63,928 nucleotides of DNA from positions 38,839,263 through 38,903,190 of the forward strand of contig NC_057718.1 of the NCBI RefSeq assembly GCF_004010195.1, given 5' to 3'. Shown piece after piece: positions 50,816 to 63,264 of this stretch (the stretch's first letter is position 1; each line of letters starts with the position of its first letter). This DNA comes from Chiloscyllium plagiosum (Eukaryota). The notes below the pieces were generated by a model. The model did not search any database. It was given only the letters and a program-made list of their open reading frames with translations, and had not been told where the DNA came from. Position numbers and translations under genes: made by a program.

Positions 50816-51994
50816 TGGTGTGCTGTCTATAAGCTTTCCTGCATTAGGGCCCACCTAATCTCCATCTTCACTGCACCTGAAACATTAACTCTATTTTTCA
50901 CTCAGCAAAACCTGCCAGCCAGACCTGCTGTGTTTTTGCATCACTCTCTATTTTTTGTTTCAGATTTGTAGCATCTGCAGTTCTTAATGCTTATTAATTG
51001 GTTGGGACTCTGAAATACATCCGATGTCCGGCTGCTCAGCATGGAAAAGAATTCTGCCCAACAGTTCATGCTGTTAGCATTTTGTCATGTGTGGTAGAAC
51101 TTTGATTATATTCATTGAAGAGATGAATAATTTGTTAATATTGAATAAATTTAGAATCAGTGCTATCAATCTATTGAGATTTGGATTATTACAATAGCAA
51201 TTCAGGCTAAGGATCAGTGTGCTATGCATTTTTAAAAAATATTTGAATAGTTAAACATAGATCACTTTGTTCTGCTATGTCTTCAAGGAATCAGTAAATG
51301 CAAAAGTGGTGAGTTTGATTGACCCAGACATAAGAGAGCTAAGTGAATGATGTCTGCAGCTCTGAGGTCAAGGATTTCCAATTGACAAATGGCTGAGTTT
51401 GAAATAAATTTCCAGGCAAGCAATCTGGAGCTAACAAAAATCAGAGTTAATTGGACCCCAAGTGAATTTCACTGTCAAAGAATTCAACAACTGATTTCAG
51501 AGGAATGACTGTTGAAAGATAGCCAGGTTTTAGTTTTTTATATAATTTGAAAGGTTTGTTAATTATTATGAACACATTGGACAGATTTTTTATACTCCCT
51601 GTCGTGGCATGGGCAATCTCCTGCCTAGGGTTGTGCAGTCCTGTGTTCCAGAGACCTTGTGTGTAAATCAATGTACACAAGAGAGACAGAAACCATAGTC
51701 ACTTTGAGATTGCTCACCAGACCGTTTTTAGTGTTATTGGTATCAGCCCATAGATTGGGTGATTTGTCCAACTTTATACCATTCCATTTCTTGAGAGTGA
51801 GGTTTGGCATATTTGTTTTATAATAATCTAATCTTGAAAAAGGGAATACAAAATTGTTACACCCAGACCTCAGGTGAGCGATATCTGGAAGCTTAATGAA
51901 TTGAGGTAAGGAGGGATGTACTGTCTCATTTTCTTTATTTGGTTGCCCTCTTGGTTGGCTATAACAAGGGTAATTTTAAAATTGATCTCTTCCA

Positions 51995-53146
51995 TTGTGG
52001 ATACAAGGCATCTCACAGGAGGCTGCTGAGTAAGGTGAGGGCCCATAGTGTTCGAGGTGAGCTACTGGCATGGATTGGGGATTGGCTGTCTGACAGAAGG
52101 CAGAGAGTTGGGATAAAAGGTTCTTTATCAGAATGGCAGCTGGTGACAAGTGGGGTGCTGCAGGGTTCACTGTTGGGGCAACAGCTGTTCACTTTATACA
52201 TTAATGATCTGGACGAAGGGATGGGGGATTCTGGCAAAGTTTGCCGATGATACAAAGTTAGGCGGACCAGCAGGTAGTATTGAGGAGGTGGGGAGGCTGC
52301 AGAAAGATTTAGACAGTTTAGGAGAGTGGTCCAGGAAATGGCTGATGAAATTCAACATGAGCAAGTGCAAGGTCTTGTACTTTGGAAAAAAGAATACAGG
52401 CATGGACTATTTTTTAAATGGTGAGAAAGTTCATAAAGCCAAAGTACAAAGGGATCTGGAAGTGCTAGTCTAGGATTCTCTAAAGGTTGATTTGCAGGTT
52501 GAGTCCGTGATTAAGAAAGCAAATGTAATGTTGTCATTTATCTCAAGACGGTTGGAATATAAAAGCAGCGATGTGCTTCTAAGACTTTATAAAGTTCTAG
52601 TTAGGCCCCATTTAGAATACTATGTCCAGCTTTGGGCTCCACACCTCAGGAAGGACATCCTGGCACTGCTGAGTGTCCAGCAGAGATTCACACGGATGAT
52701 TCATGGAATGGTAGGCCTAACATACGATGATCAGCTGAGGATCCTGGGATTGTATTCATTAAATTTTAGAAGGTTGAGGGGAGATCTAATAGAAACTTAG
52801 AAATGGTGGATGCTGGGAAGTTGTTTCTGTTAGTTGGGGAGAATAGGACCCATGGGCATAGCCTTAAAATCAGAAGGTGTCAATTTAGAATGAAAATGAG
52901 GAGACATGTCTTCCGCCAGAGAGTGGTGGGCCTTTGGAATTCATTGTCACGGAGCGCAGTGGAGGCCAGGACGTTGGGTGCCTTCAAGGCAGAGATTGAT
53001 AAATTCTTGATCTCACAAGGAATTAAGGGCTACGGGGAGAGTGCGGATACGTGGAATTGAAAAGCCCATCAGCCATGATTGAATGGCGGAGTGGACTCAA
53101 TGGGCTGAATGGCTTTGCTTCCACTCCTAGGACTTAAGGTCTTATG
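51995..53146 (+). mobile_element. CR1 LINE 3' fragment (RT C-terminus and tail) inserted in an older repeat
   Basis: VTSGVLQGSLLG..FTLYINDL, AKFADDTKL, LVRPHLEYYVQLWAP, RLRGDLIE, FRQRVVGLWNSL; tail ..cttaaggtcttatg. Confidence 0.93.
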
Positions 53147-55466
53147 CTCTGATGATACTTTCTCCAAGACACAAATGATCTTAAAAGGACCCATTTAAAC
53201 AGGCTTTCTTGAATTAACAAAGTGTGAGTTTATTAATTGCTGAGAAAGTTTTTTCATGCAACAAACATACACATAGGAATAAAAGTTGAGTCTAAAATGA
53301 TGAAAGAAAACAGATACATGGATCAATTTCTGAATTATTTGTGAAGAATGGAGAATTACATTTTGTGGTCATTACTATGGAAATTACTGATAGTACTGAT
53401 ATTGTTAGTTGAACAGTGAGTGAACATCCTTTTTTGTCCTATTTGTTTGGCTCACTACCTAGCTGGCTGTGAGCATGCTGAGACCAATTACCTCCAAAAC
53501 GGGGTGCCCAGGAGACAGTTTATCGACTGTGGCCTTTACAGAGAAGTGACACTTGAATTCAGGCTAGTGCACACAGGTATCTTAGCATACTATCACACAC
53601 AAGAGCATTCGGTACACTAGTACACTCTAGTAGTGTTAAAATTGGCTTCATAACACTTCAACAGCAGAACACAACATGTATCTAGAGTTTGGCATGTAAT
53701 CCACGAGGAGGAGAATGACTTGCTGCTGAGCAGGGGATTGGCAGCCACTTATTATATTCATAATCACTAGAAATCATTGCCCAGTCTGTTTTGTATTCCC
53801 ACTAACTCCTTTGAAAGGTTGTTGTTTGAAGTTCCCTTTGCATCTTTAGGTATGACATTCCAGGGTCTCTCTATTGAGACAGCCACTTACTTTACTTCCA
53901 CAGCAATCTTTGGCTGCATCAGCCCTCTTTTAAAGAACACATTTTGATATTAGAACTTAAAAATGCTTGGAGTACTTTGTAGTTATGACCCATGGTCATG
54001 GCAAAGTAGATGAATAAGCTGCTGATTTAAAGAAGAATATTTTTGCATGCATATTCTTTTAGGTACCAACTGGGAAAATGGCTGTACAGTGAATTAGAAT
54101 ACTATCCTTTTAATTAGAGCTCTTCGGTTTCAATCCAGCCAGACAGATGGAAGTCTCTTCGCTCTGACAGCTGTTAAGAATTCTAAGTGAAATTAGTTTT
54201 GGCAGCCTGAAACTAGTTCCCAGTGAGCAGGAAGCCACAAAACAAAACTGACAATAATTCTGTACTAATTGGTTAATCTTGTCTAAAATAGACCCAAGGA
54301 TAACTGATGTGTGAAATAGAAATGTCATGGGATTTTTTCCAGTGTTGAGGGAAATATGAATAGGACCCAGGCCAGTTAATGACATAATGGATGCAGGCAT
54401 CTTCCTTTGGTTTTGGATTTGGATATAACTGATAACAAAAATAGCCATGATATGCTTACATTTTTTTGGCACCAAGTGGCACCTACAAGTCAAAGTTGAA
54501 AAGCCATCTGTTGTTTTGGTTCTTTACAATTTTGGTTGGATTTAGTGAAAATCAATGTTCAAGTTGCCTTAAGAACATGGTTAAATTTAGTATTATGAAG
54601 CTGAGCCTAGTCAGTTTTGAAGCTCAAATCTTCAGAGTTCAACACTGAATAAATTTGAGTTACGAGGAAACAAGTTAGTAGAGCCACAGTATTTTTTCTA
54701 AGTATATTTAGCATGTTTTGCTAGTATGAGATAGTATTATCCAAGCGTTCCAGGAAAAAAAAATAATGGATTGCATTGTAATTGAGTGCCTGTGGATCAG
54801 TAGTATAGGTGAGTAGATGACCAATGATGTTGCTAACATTGAGATATCGGTTATATGAGAACTGTGCTGTGCTAAATAGTAGCATGAAAACCCCAACATA
54901 CCATCAATATTGCAGGCAATGTTGCGAATTGGGAGCCTAGGGAATTGGGTCTGGATCTGACAGTGTTTGGTTGAGGCTTGAATTCCAGCTGGATGTGGGA
55001 GAGTGGGTTTTCCTGATGGTTAATAACATTGAGAAGAGGTGCCTTCATATGTAGAGCATAAAGGAGGTATAGGATCCATCAGCATTAGGAGGTAATTCTG
55101 AGAACAGCTTTGTGAACAAATGGAAAGGATCTTGGGACCTGGGAACTGAAAATGTCCTAGATTACAGCTGGATTATGGAGGAGATTTTAGAAGACAAAGT
55201 TTAACTGGTTTGCAGGAGAAAGAGATCAGTTTCTAAATGCACTGGGGAAAAGGATTGCATTTTGAATATTTAATTTGATCCCTCAATGACCCGTCATCAT
55301 TCTTTTTTACCACTGTTACATATTGACATCAGTTTTTTTGCAAAAGCATGTACATGCAAAAACATGAGAACTAAATTTTAGCCTCTCTTGAACCATCCCG
55401 CCCAAACCCATACCATACGTCTGCTCCCAGTCCTATAGCATATGTAGAAAGCCTAACTTTTCTATT

Positions 55467-55670
55467 AGGCAAATATGAGGACCGTAGATACCGGAAATCA
55501 GAGTCTAGATTAGAATGACGCTGGAAAAGCACAGCAGGTCAGGCAGCGTCCGAGGAGCAGGAAAATCAATGTTTTGTGCAAAAGCTTCCGAAGGACTCTT
55601 GTCCGAAACATCGATTTTCCTGTTCCTCGGATGCTGCCTGACCTGCTGTGCTTTTCCAGCACCACTCTAA
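55467..55670. mobile_element. Fold-back Penelope pLTR derivative
   Basis: Inverted arms gctggaaaagcacagcaggtcaggcagc.. / ..gctgcctgacctgctgtgcttttccagc; TSD cctaacttttctatt (55452-55466) / cctaatttttctatt (55671-55685). Confidence 0.87.
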
Positions 55671-57749
55671 CCTAATTTTTCTATTGTCAATCAGTTTCTG
55701 TTTTTATCTAGCTGTCTTAAAACACATAAGCCTGTATTTTGTGCTTCTTTAACCTAATGAATGTTAAATCACATCCTTTAATTTCCTAATATAAGATCTT
55801 CACGTTCTCAGTACAACAGCAGAAAACATATCTTTTTGGGCACTGTAGTTGGTTCTCTGTCTTGCAAAACTTTTGATAAATATGAATTTCCATAAATAAA
55901 AGAAAATTACCACAAATGTTCAAAAATTGTTTATGCAGTTCCCTGGTTTATATGGTTAAAACACCCCTAAGTCACAAACATTTTCAGAAAAGACAGACTG
56001 TTAGCAAAATAGTCAAAATGGAAAGGCCAATAATGAACATGGAAACTAATTGGTTTTCTTCATTCTCAACCAACAAAGCAAACATAATCTGCTGATTACA
56101 ATTTTACAGTACTCTTATTGAGCATAATAGAAAGCAACATTTGTTACTAGACTTAAAATGCCAGACATCCACTTAAAAAACTTCAAGAACTCAACCTTGA
56201 CTTTTTTTTTCAAAGCATTATGTAAAGAATAAAGAATCTCTCAAATCCTCATGGATATTTTGACGAATGGAGACACATTTATACTCTTCAACATCACGTA
56301 ATTCCCAGATTACAATCTGGGAAATTCTCTAAAATAAATTTGAAAATTCTTCAATATTTGTTATGAAGTAAACTATCAAACAAACGCTAAGTTCATTGTA
56401 GAGGTTGGGGTATGAAAATGTATAATTCAATGGGTAAATGCAGTAGTTTTATTTTGTATAATTGTTTCCATTTTGTTAAAAACCTTTCATTGAAGGAAAT
56501 CATTTTGAGTGTTTAATTTGGACCTGCAATATGACAAGTTACATTTTTTTCTTAGTTTTTTTTAACATGTTGTTTACATATGTTTTTTTCCATCATAAAG
56601 GTATAACACATGAAGTGACATTAATATGAACATGAAATGTATACCATATGCAAAATTTTTGACCTCATATTATTAGCCAGCCTGTGATGTTGTCCATGAT
56701 CAGTTAATAAATATAAGCTTATTTTCTGGAAGACAGAAATAGCAGAGAGACTTCAAAAATTTCCACAGGGCAACTTAATGGCCAGAGATTGTAACCCATG
56801 GATGTAGCAATATTGAATGGGGAATATTCCCATAGATCCATAGTTTCACAATTTTACTGTCAGAAAAATTTGACAACAGAACCAGTCCAGTTTGTAGGCT
56901 CTGTGTGCACATTATACGAGGTTTTTATTGATTTTTGTTTTGTTAGTGATTTGGTCTGAATTCCTTTCCCTCTGCTTTGCTGCATTATAAATAATACTTG
57001 GGTGGTAGCTCTGAGCCATTCCACATTTAATGAATTAAGTCCGTGCAGTGTACCTTAATTATGCAAACGAAGCACCAAACCTACCAATGCCCTTCAACCA
57101 TAGCATTGCTGCTCTTACAAATCATTTCTAAAAAAAACTATTGTAGTATATGCTTCTATTCCTAAATGTTTTGAATTTTCAAAAATGTTACTATGTCTAC
57201 ACACACATATGTCATCTTTTAAATATAAATACAAATACAAATACTGCATTTAGCAAGATTTGGCAAAACTCAGTAACAGGCTGACCAGTTTTTCCAATTT
57301 AATTGATCTGCTTTGATAGTGCACACTGCATGTGCAGTTTGATGAAGAATGTGTCTGGCCTGTTTTTTTTTAATACTGTATTTATATAAAGCTCAAAAAC
57401 ATTTTTTCATTATATGAAAAATAGCCATGGCAAATCTTGCTTGTGATTTAAAAGCTGGGACAAAACAGATGGAACCACTGGCAAGGCTGCAAATTACTGT
57501 AACATTTGCTAATGCAGCAGGGAAAATTGAATTACATGGCCAAAAATGCAGTCCTTGAACACATTTTAAACTTGATCATGAAAAGTGGATTATGCTGCAT
57601 TCTTAATGTCCTTCTTAGATTCCTTGGGAACATGAGTCTTCACCTTGAACTACTATAACCCCACTACTGATGATGATCTCACAACGACATTAGGGAATCG
57701 CAAGTTTTTGATCCATCAGCAATAAAATAAAGTTCAAGTCAGGATGGTG

Positions 57750-57773
57750 GTGTGTGTGTGTGTGTGTGTGTGT
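57750..57773. repeat. (GT)12 microsatellite
   Basis: gtgtgtgtgtgtgtgtgtgtgtgt. Confidence 0.95.
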
Positions 57774-57830
57774 TGCTGGTGTACTTACTGAGTTACTACA
57801 GTGCATCTTGTGATCATTACAGCCAGAGTA

Positions 57831-58968
57831 GGCAGTGGAATTTTCTCATCCCTGGTGTGGCGTGGGTAATGGTGAAGGAGTGGGGGTAAAAACAACCAGA
57901 ATGAAAAACATTGGAACCTTGAAGTCAAAAAATTTTCCCTTAGGATTTAAACAGTGACTTCAGAGTGTGGCTTACCTTATGGTGGTGTCTACCTTATTTT
58001 ATGCATTTGCATCTCATTATTTGCGGAACTCACACTATTTCTATGTGATTTCCAATTCTCCTCTCCCTCACACAGAAATTAGATGATGCCAGTTCCCAAC
58101 ATGAAAATCAAAGAGTGGTTACCTGGCGACTGCATTTCTTCAGAAGCTTGTCTGGGTTTTCATCTAACTCCGTTTCCACCATAATATTCTAGTGTGCTCC
58201 ATGTACTGCCCTCCTCTACCCATTGCCGATTCTGACCTGCATGGACAATGACCAACCTAAGCAGATCATGAGGTCCAACTCACACACGGCTTCAGTCCTT
58301 CAAAAGTCAAAACTTTGGAGCTCAGGGACATCTATAACTTGCATGCTTCTGCCAGGTCGCCTTTTGCGCAGTGACATATGTGCATTCCATGCATCTAAAG
58401 AGGATGCATTTTATGGTTCTTTTCATTTCTTAGTGCTCACTCACTTTGTGGTTACTTGGAGGATGATAGGCTCGACAGCACACATTGCTTTTTAGTGCAG
58501 AGGGAAAGGCAGGCAGCACTGAACAGACAGGGGAGGTGACATATCACTGTATGGCACCATGTTACATCAATGGCAAACCTACTGCATGTCCCAGCAGCTT
58601 ACTGAGTCACCATTTCCTTCAAACAAATGGCCATGTATTAAAGTTGTAGGTGAGCAGTTCTTACTGGGGTCAAAGAGGACTACAGCCAGTTAGGAGGAGT
58701 TGCCACATCAGTCAAGAAGCTAGCTCGATTGAAGTACAGAGGATTGGCCATGGTCAGGCAGGTGCTTAGACCAACTAGAACCTGTGAAACTGTGTCCTTG
58801 CAGTTCAAGAATTAGGTCTGGGTCAGTTCTGAAGGTGTTGAGCCTCTTGGATAATGTTGCACGTGTACTCAGATGAAATGTCATGAGATACATCACTTGA
58901 TGCAGAGCACCTAGCTTTTACACTTGTGGTTAACTTTTTGAAACAGCTGGTCAGGTAAATTTTGCGCA
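57831..58968 (+). mobile_element. Possible very old Harbinger transposase relic
   Basis: Weak ordered motifs: SDICAF..KEDAFY; tatggcaccatgtt (about DGTHV); ttactgggg (about LLG); aggtgcttagac (RCLD); ends gtggaattttc / gtaaattttgcgc resemble decayed terminal inverted repeats. Confidence 0.3.
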
Positions 58969-59179
58969 GTTGTAATTTCACAAAGTCTTCATGCAAGAGC
59001 ATAAATAGATCCTTTGCTTTGATATTCCAGCTTTAGGAGGATCTACTTTCATGAGCTGTTTACACTTCTGTTTAAGGAAATAAATTATTTGGTCTCTGTG
59101 GACACCTGGTGGACAGTTACTGATAAAGAAACAATTAAAGGGTAGAAGCGTAAACTAGAGATGCTATTCCCAGTATAAA

Positions 59180-59410
59180 GTATTGGACAACGAAGGGTAC
59201 ATTTAGGTTTGTTCAATATATAATTTCAGCTGCATGACACTGTAATCTTTTGCTATAAATTATGTGTCTGATGGACCTGTTTCACAACCACCTGATCAAG
59301 AAGCAGCGCTTTGAAAGCTAGTGTTTTCAAAGAAACCTGTTGGACTATACCCTGGTGTTGTGTGATTTTTAATTCTGTCCATCCCAGTCCAACACCGGCT
59401 CGTCCAAATC
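59180..59410 (+). mobile_element. Penelope-like pLTR (second family) with a mutated hammerhead core
   Basis: Homologous to 36815-36980; CTGATcA-a-GAAGC..GCTTT-GAAAGCTA at 59292-59320; perfect 14-bp TSD attcccagtataaa (59166-59179 / 59411-59424). Confidence 0.85.
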
Positions 59411-60941
59411 ATTCCCAGTATAAACATAATGCATAATGCTTGAGTTTTCAAACTGGGAAAGGATGGATGAATTTTTAATTGCATATTTTATTACAGTAAC
59501 TTAACATAATAAGCACAATACATAATTGCCAACTTGAAGTATTTAATAACCAATTTCATATTGTATTATCTACTTACCAACCTCTGACAAGGAGTGTGTG
59601 TGTAATCTAATCTTACCTTAGTTTAGCAGAAATGATATGTGCAATTTATCTAACATTTTTGGATTCCTTGTAAGTTGTGCCTATCTTCCACTTGGGCACT
59701 GTCTGATTAGGAACAAACGTATTTGCATTTATCAGTGAAAAAATGTACCAAGCGCTACTCAGGAGTTATCAAATATTGATATTGAATCACATGAAGAGAT
59801 ATGATGGAGGTTTCAAAAGCATGTTCAATCGGGTAAGTTTTAAAGAGGACAGACAGAGTTAAAAGAGGATAAGAGATGGAATTTCAGAGCTAAGGATTCA
59901 AACTGCTGAAGACATGGCTGCCAAGATGGAGCAGATTTTTATTGCAGGAACCTTGACAGCATTAGTTGTGACAATCAATGCAACTCCCAGGGACTTCAAA
60001 TCAGCAAGAGATCAGACCAAAAATCTGCCTTCAGTGACAGAGGGTAGAATAAGAGAGGAGAGCTGGGGATTGGAAGTCATAGGAAAGGGCAGGACATGGC
60101 TCATAAGAGGTTCCCTCTCCTTAATGTCAAGGACCTTGTCTGTGTGCAGAGGTACTCAACCTTTTATGACATCACAATTAAAATGGAATTTCATACAAGG
60201 AGAACTAGGTTGGCTTATCTGTCATCAACAGCTAGTTTTCTTTACTTAACAAGGTCTTTGTTGTCTTATTAACAGTGAAGGCTTTAATTTTATGGCTGAT
60301 TTAATTTTTGTGCTAATTAAAAAGTATGCCCTGATTTTCCTTTGCACAATAATTTATTTTCCACCAACTGCTTTGAAATAATTGAAGCTCTCTGCTATAA
60401 ATAAATATCCAATGACCTCATCCTGGAACTGATCATTTCTGCAGTCTCATTCTTGGCCCAATAGCCCAGTGGTAGATTAAATTGCCTGATATTTGCCTGA
60501 TTAACATAGGAAGACTAACGGTTAACATTATTACAGTAATACAAAGTGACATCAATAGGAGCACAAATCAGAAGACTTCAGGATGCGATTCTCCTTCTGT
60601 GGTATTTTATCAGTATATTGTATCAGCTTTTCCCCCACTCTTCTTGAAATGCAAATAGGGTATTCCCAATAGAACATCCATTATGATCTTTAAAAACTGG
60701 GTAAAGGTTGCAGAGAACATATGAAAGGAAAGTTGAAGCAATTATCATTCTGAATTAACAAAACCAAATTAAGAAGTGAACACTTTTTCGCTGTACCTGC
60801 TATGGCCCTTCGATAGTTAGTGACCAATGCTAAATAGCAGCTCTCTACCTCTATCTCTCTATCTTGTCCTGATTAATTCTTTACATTTGTAGTCAACCTG
60901 TTCAGGCATGTTATGACATGTTTGAGGCAGATAGAACTTGA

Positions 60942-61638
60942 GTCAAGAGAGTGGTGCTGGAAAAGCACAGCAGGTCAGGCAGCACCCAGGGAGCAGGAGA
61001 ATCGATGTTTTGGGCAAAAGCCCTTCGTCAGGGCTTTACCCAAAATGTCAATTTTCCTGCTCCTCGGATGCTGCCTTACCTGCTGTGCTTTTCCAACACC
61101 ATAGAGTCATAGAGATGTACAGCACAGAAACAAACCCTTTGGTCCAACCCGTCCATGCCGACAACCCAATCTAGTCCCACCTGCCAGCACCCGGCCCATA
61201 TCCCTCCAAACCCTTCCTATTCATATACCCATCCAAATGCCTTTTAAATGTTGCAATTGTACTAGCCTCCACCATTTCCTCTGGTAGCTCATTCCATACA
61301 CGTACCATCCTCTTCGTGAAAGCGTTGCCCCTTAAGTCTCTTTAAAATCTTTCCCCTCTCACCCTAAACATATGCCCTCTAGTTCTGGACTCCCCCACTC
61401 CAGGGAAAAGACTTTGTCTATTTATCCTATCTATGACCCTCATAATTTTGTAAACCTCTATAAGGTCACCCCTTAGCCTCTGATGTTCCAGGGAAAACAG
61501 CCCCAGCTTGTTCAGCCTCTCCCTATAGCTCAAATGCTCCAACCCTGGCAACATCCTTGTAAATCTTTTCTGAACCCTTTCAAGTTTCACCACACTCTTG
61601 ACTCTAACCTCCAGCATCTGCAGTACTCACTTTTGCCA
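60942..61638. mobile_element. Fold-back Penelope pLTR derivative split by a CR1 insertion
   Basis: Arms 60942-61100, resuming at 61591 cacactcttgactc..ctgcagtactcacttttgcc; TSD agatagaacttga (60929-60941) / agatgggacttga (61639-61651). Confidence 0.8.
61101..61590 (-). mobile_element. 5'-truncated CR1 3' end, same family as 31888-33999
   Basis: [45 protein letters not shown]; tail ctctatgactctat. Confidence 0.93.
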
Positions 61639-62423
61639 AGATGGGACTTGAACCAGAACCTTCTAGCACTGAGCCACAATAGTCCCCTGCTTAATTATAG
61701 GTTTGATCTTTTGGTCTACCTGCTAACTATCTGTTGTATAATGGCTAAGGTTCCAGATCAGACAAGCCTACATCTTTAAAACAATTACACAACATCACAA
61801 TATGTGACATTCCATTACAAAGGCATTCGTTTCACCTTTAGTCACTCTCTTTATGTCATGGAATCATAATAGTGTATTCAGTCAATCAGCTATGTAAATG
61901 TAATGTACAGTAATATTAGTTCACACAGAGCCCAGATTATACATATAAGTCTGTGATATTGTGGCAGTGTAAATATTTAATATTGTAAATAAACTTCAAC
62001 ATCTGTCTCAACAAGAAGTTGTGGTATATTTTACTTAGATGGCAGCAATGGTGACAGTACGTGGGCACTAAAAGCTAATTGTGACATCTAGTCAGTGGCA
62101 GTAAGTGGATGCTAAAAGCTAAAAAGGTGGTGGCAGTGTTGCAGTTGTGAAAAGTTTTATTCCTAATAGTCATCCATTAAATCTAACCAGATTCAGAACA
62201 ATAGTGCAGCTATAGCCAAACCTAATGGCTATAAGTCTGTACTGGAGCACTCTATTTCAAAAAGCAGCAATATACATCACGCTCAGTACAACTGCAATTT
62301 TTTTAAAAAGTGGCAGATTAAAAGGAAATTGCATGGACAGTTCATAGCTACAGAAAGCATTTCTGGAACACAAAACAGGAGAAAAAACCTGAAAATGCAG
62401 TACCCTACATTAGAAATACTTAC

Positions 62424-62517
62424 CTGTTTGCAATTGTTAGTTGATTCTGTCATCTTGCCTCTTGGATAAAGTGTGGAAATAAATCTGTTATCACCACTTT
62501 TATGGTGAAACTGCCAC
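62424..62517 (-). CDS. Candidate 94-nt exon, unverified
   Basis: tttttgtctgtag|..CAG|gtaagt; one open frame, WQFHHKSGDNRFISTLYPRGKMTESTNNCKQ. Confidence 0.3.
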
Positions 62518-63264
62518 CTACAGACAAAAACCTATTATTACAGGCCTGAAATTTTAAAAGTGCAGCAAGAAAGAAATAAACCATCTGCTATTTTTAAAAC
62601 TGCAGCAACAAATAGAAAAATACTTTTAAAGCCATCAATAGGACATTTAAAAATGCTACACTTCTTTCATTCTGATACTTGAAAGATTTTGTTAGAACCC
62701 ACACTAATTTTTCTCTATTTTTAATTTATTCTTTTATCAACCTGGTTTCGAGCTGTGAACCGTGAACTACGTTCTAAGTATTACTGCCTTTATCTGAATA
62801 AATTTCAAAGGTGACCCTATTTGGTATCTTCAGAAAATTAACCAATAAAGCAGCCTCTATGATTGTGGAACAATGCATTGTGAAAACTATTTAAATAATC
62901 TGGCCAGCTTTGTTATTTCCTTTTATTCATCCCTTAACTGTGTTTATTGGTCTATTTGTCTGTCTTGTGTATGAATGAGGCTGAAAACAGAAGTTATAGA
63001 CCAATTAGATGACTTTGTTGTTTAATTTTACTCTGCTAAAGTTATGATATTGTTAATAATTGCTAGGTCCTTTGTTTAAGACACAAACTGGTGTCTGGAA
63101 TTGATTATTTGCAGAGCCTGGGAATTGGTGATTCCAAAGTCTAGTTAGGAACCATTGGTGTCAATTTTGAGAGTTTTTTAAAAAAAGATTTTAACTTTAC
63201 TGTGTTGTGAATACAGAGATACAAAGGCTGATTTGATTCAGTAATTGATCTTCATGCCTTGTTT

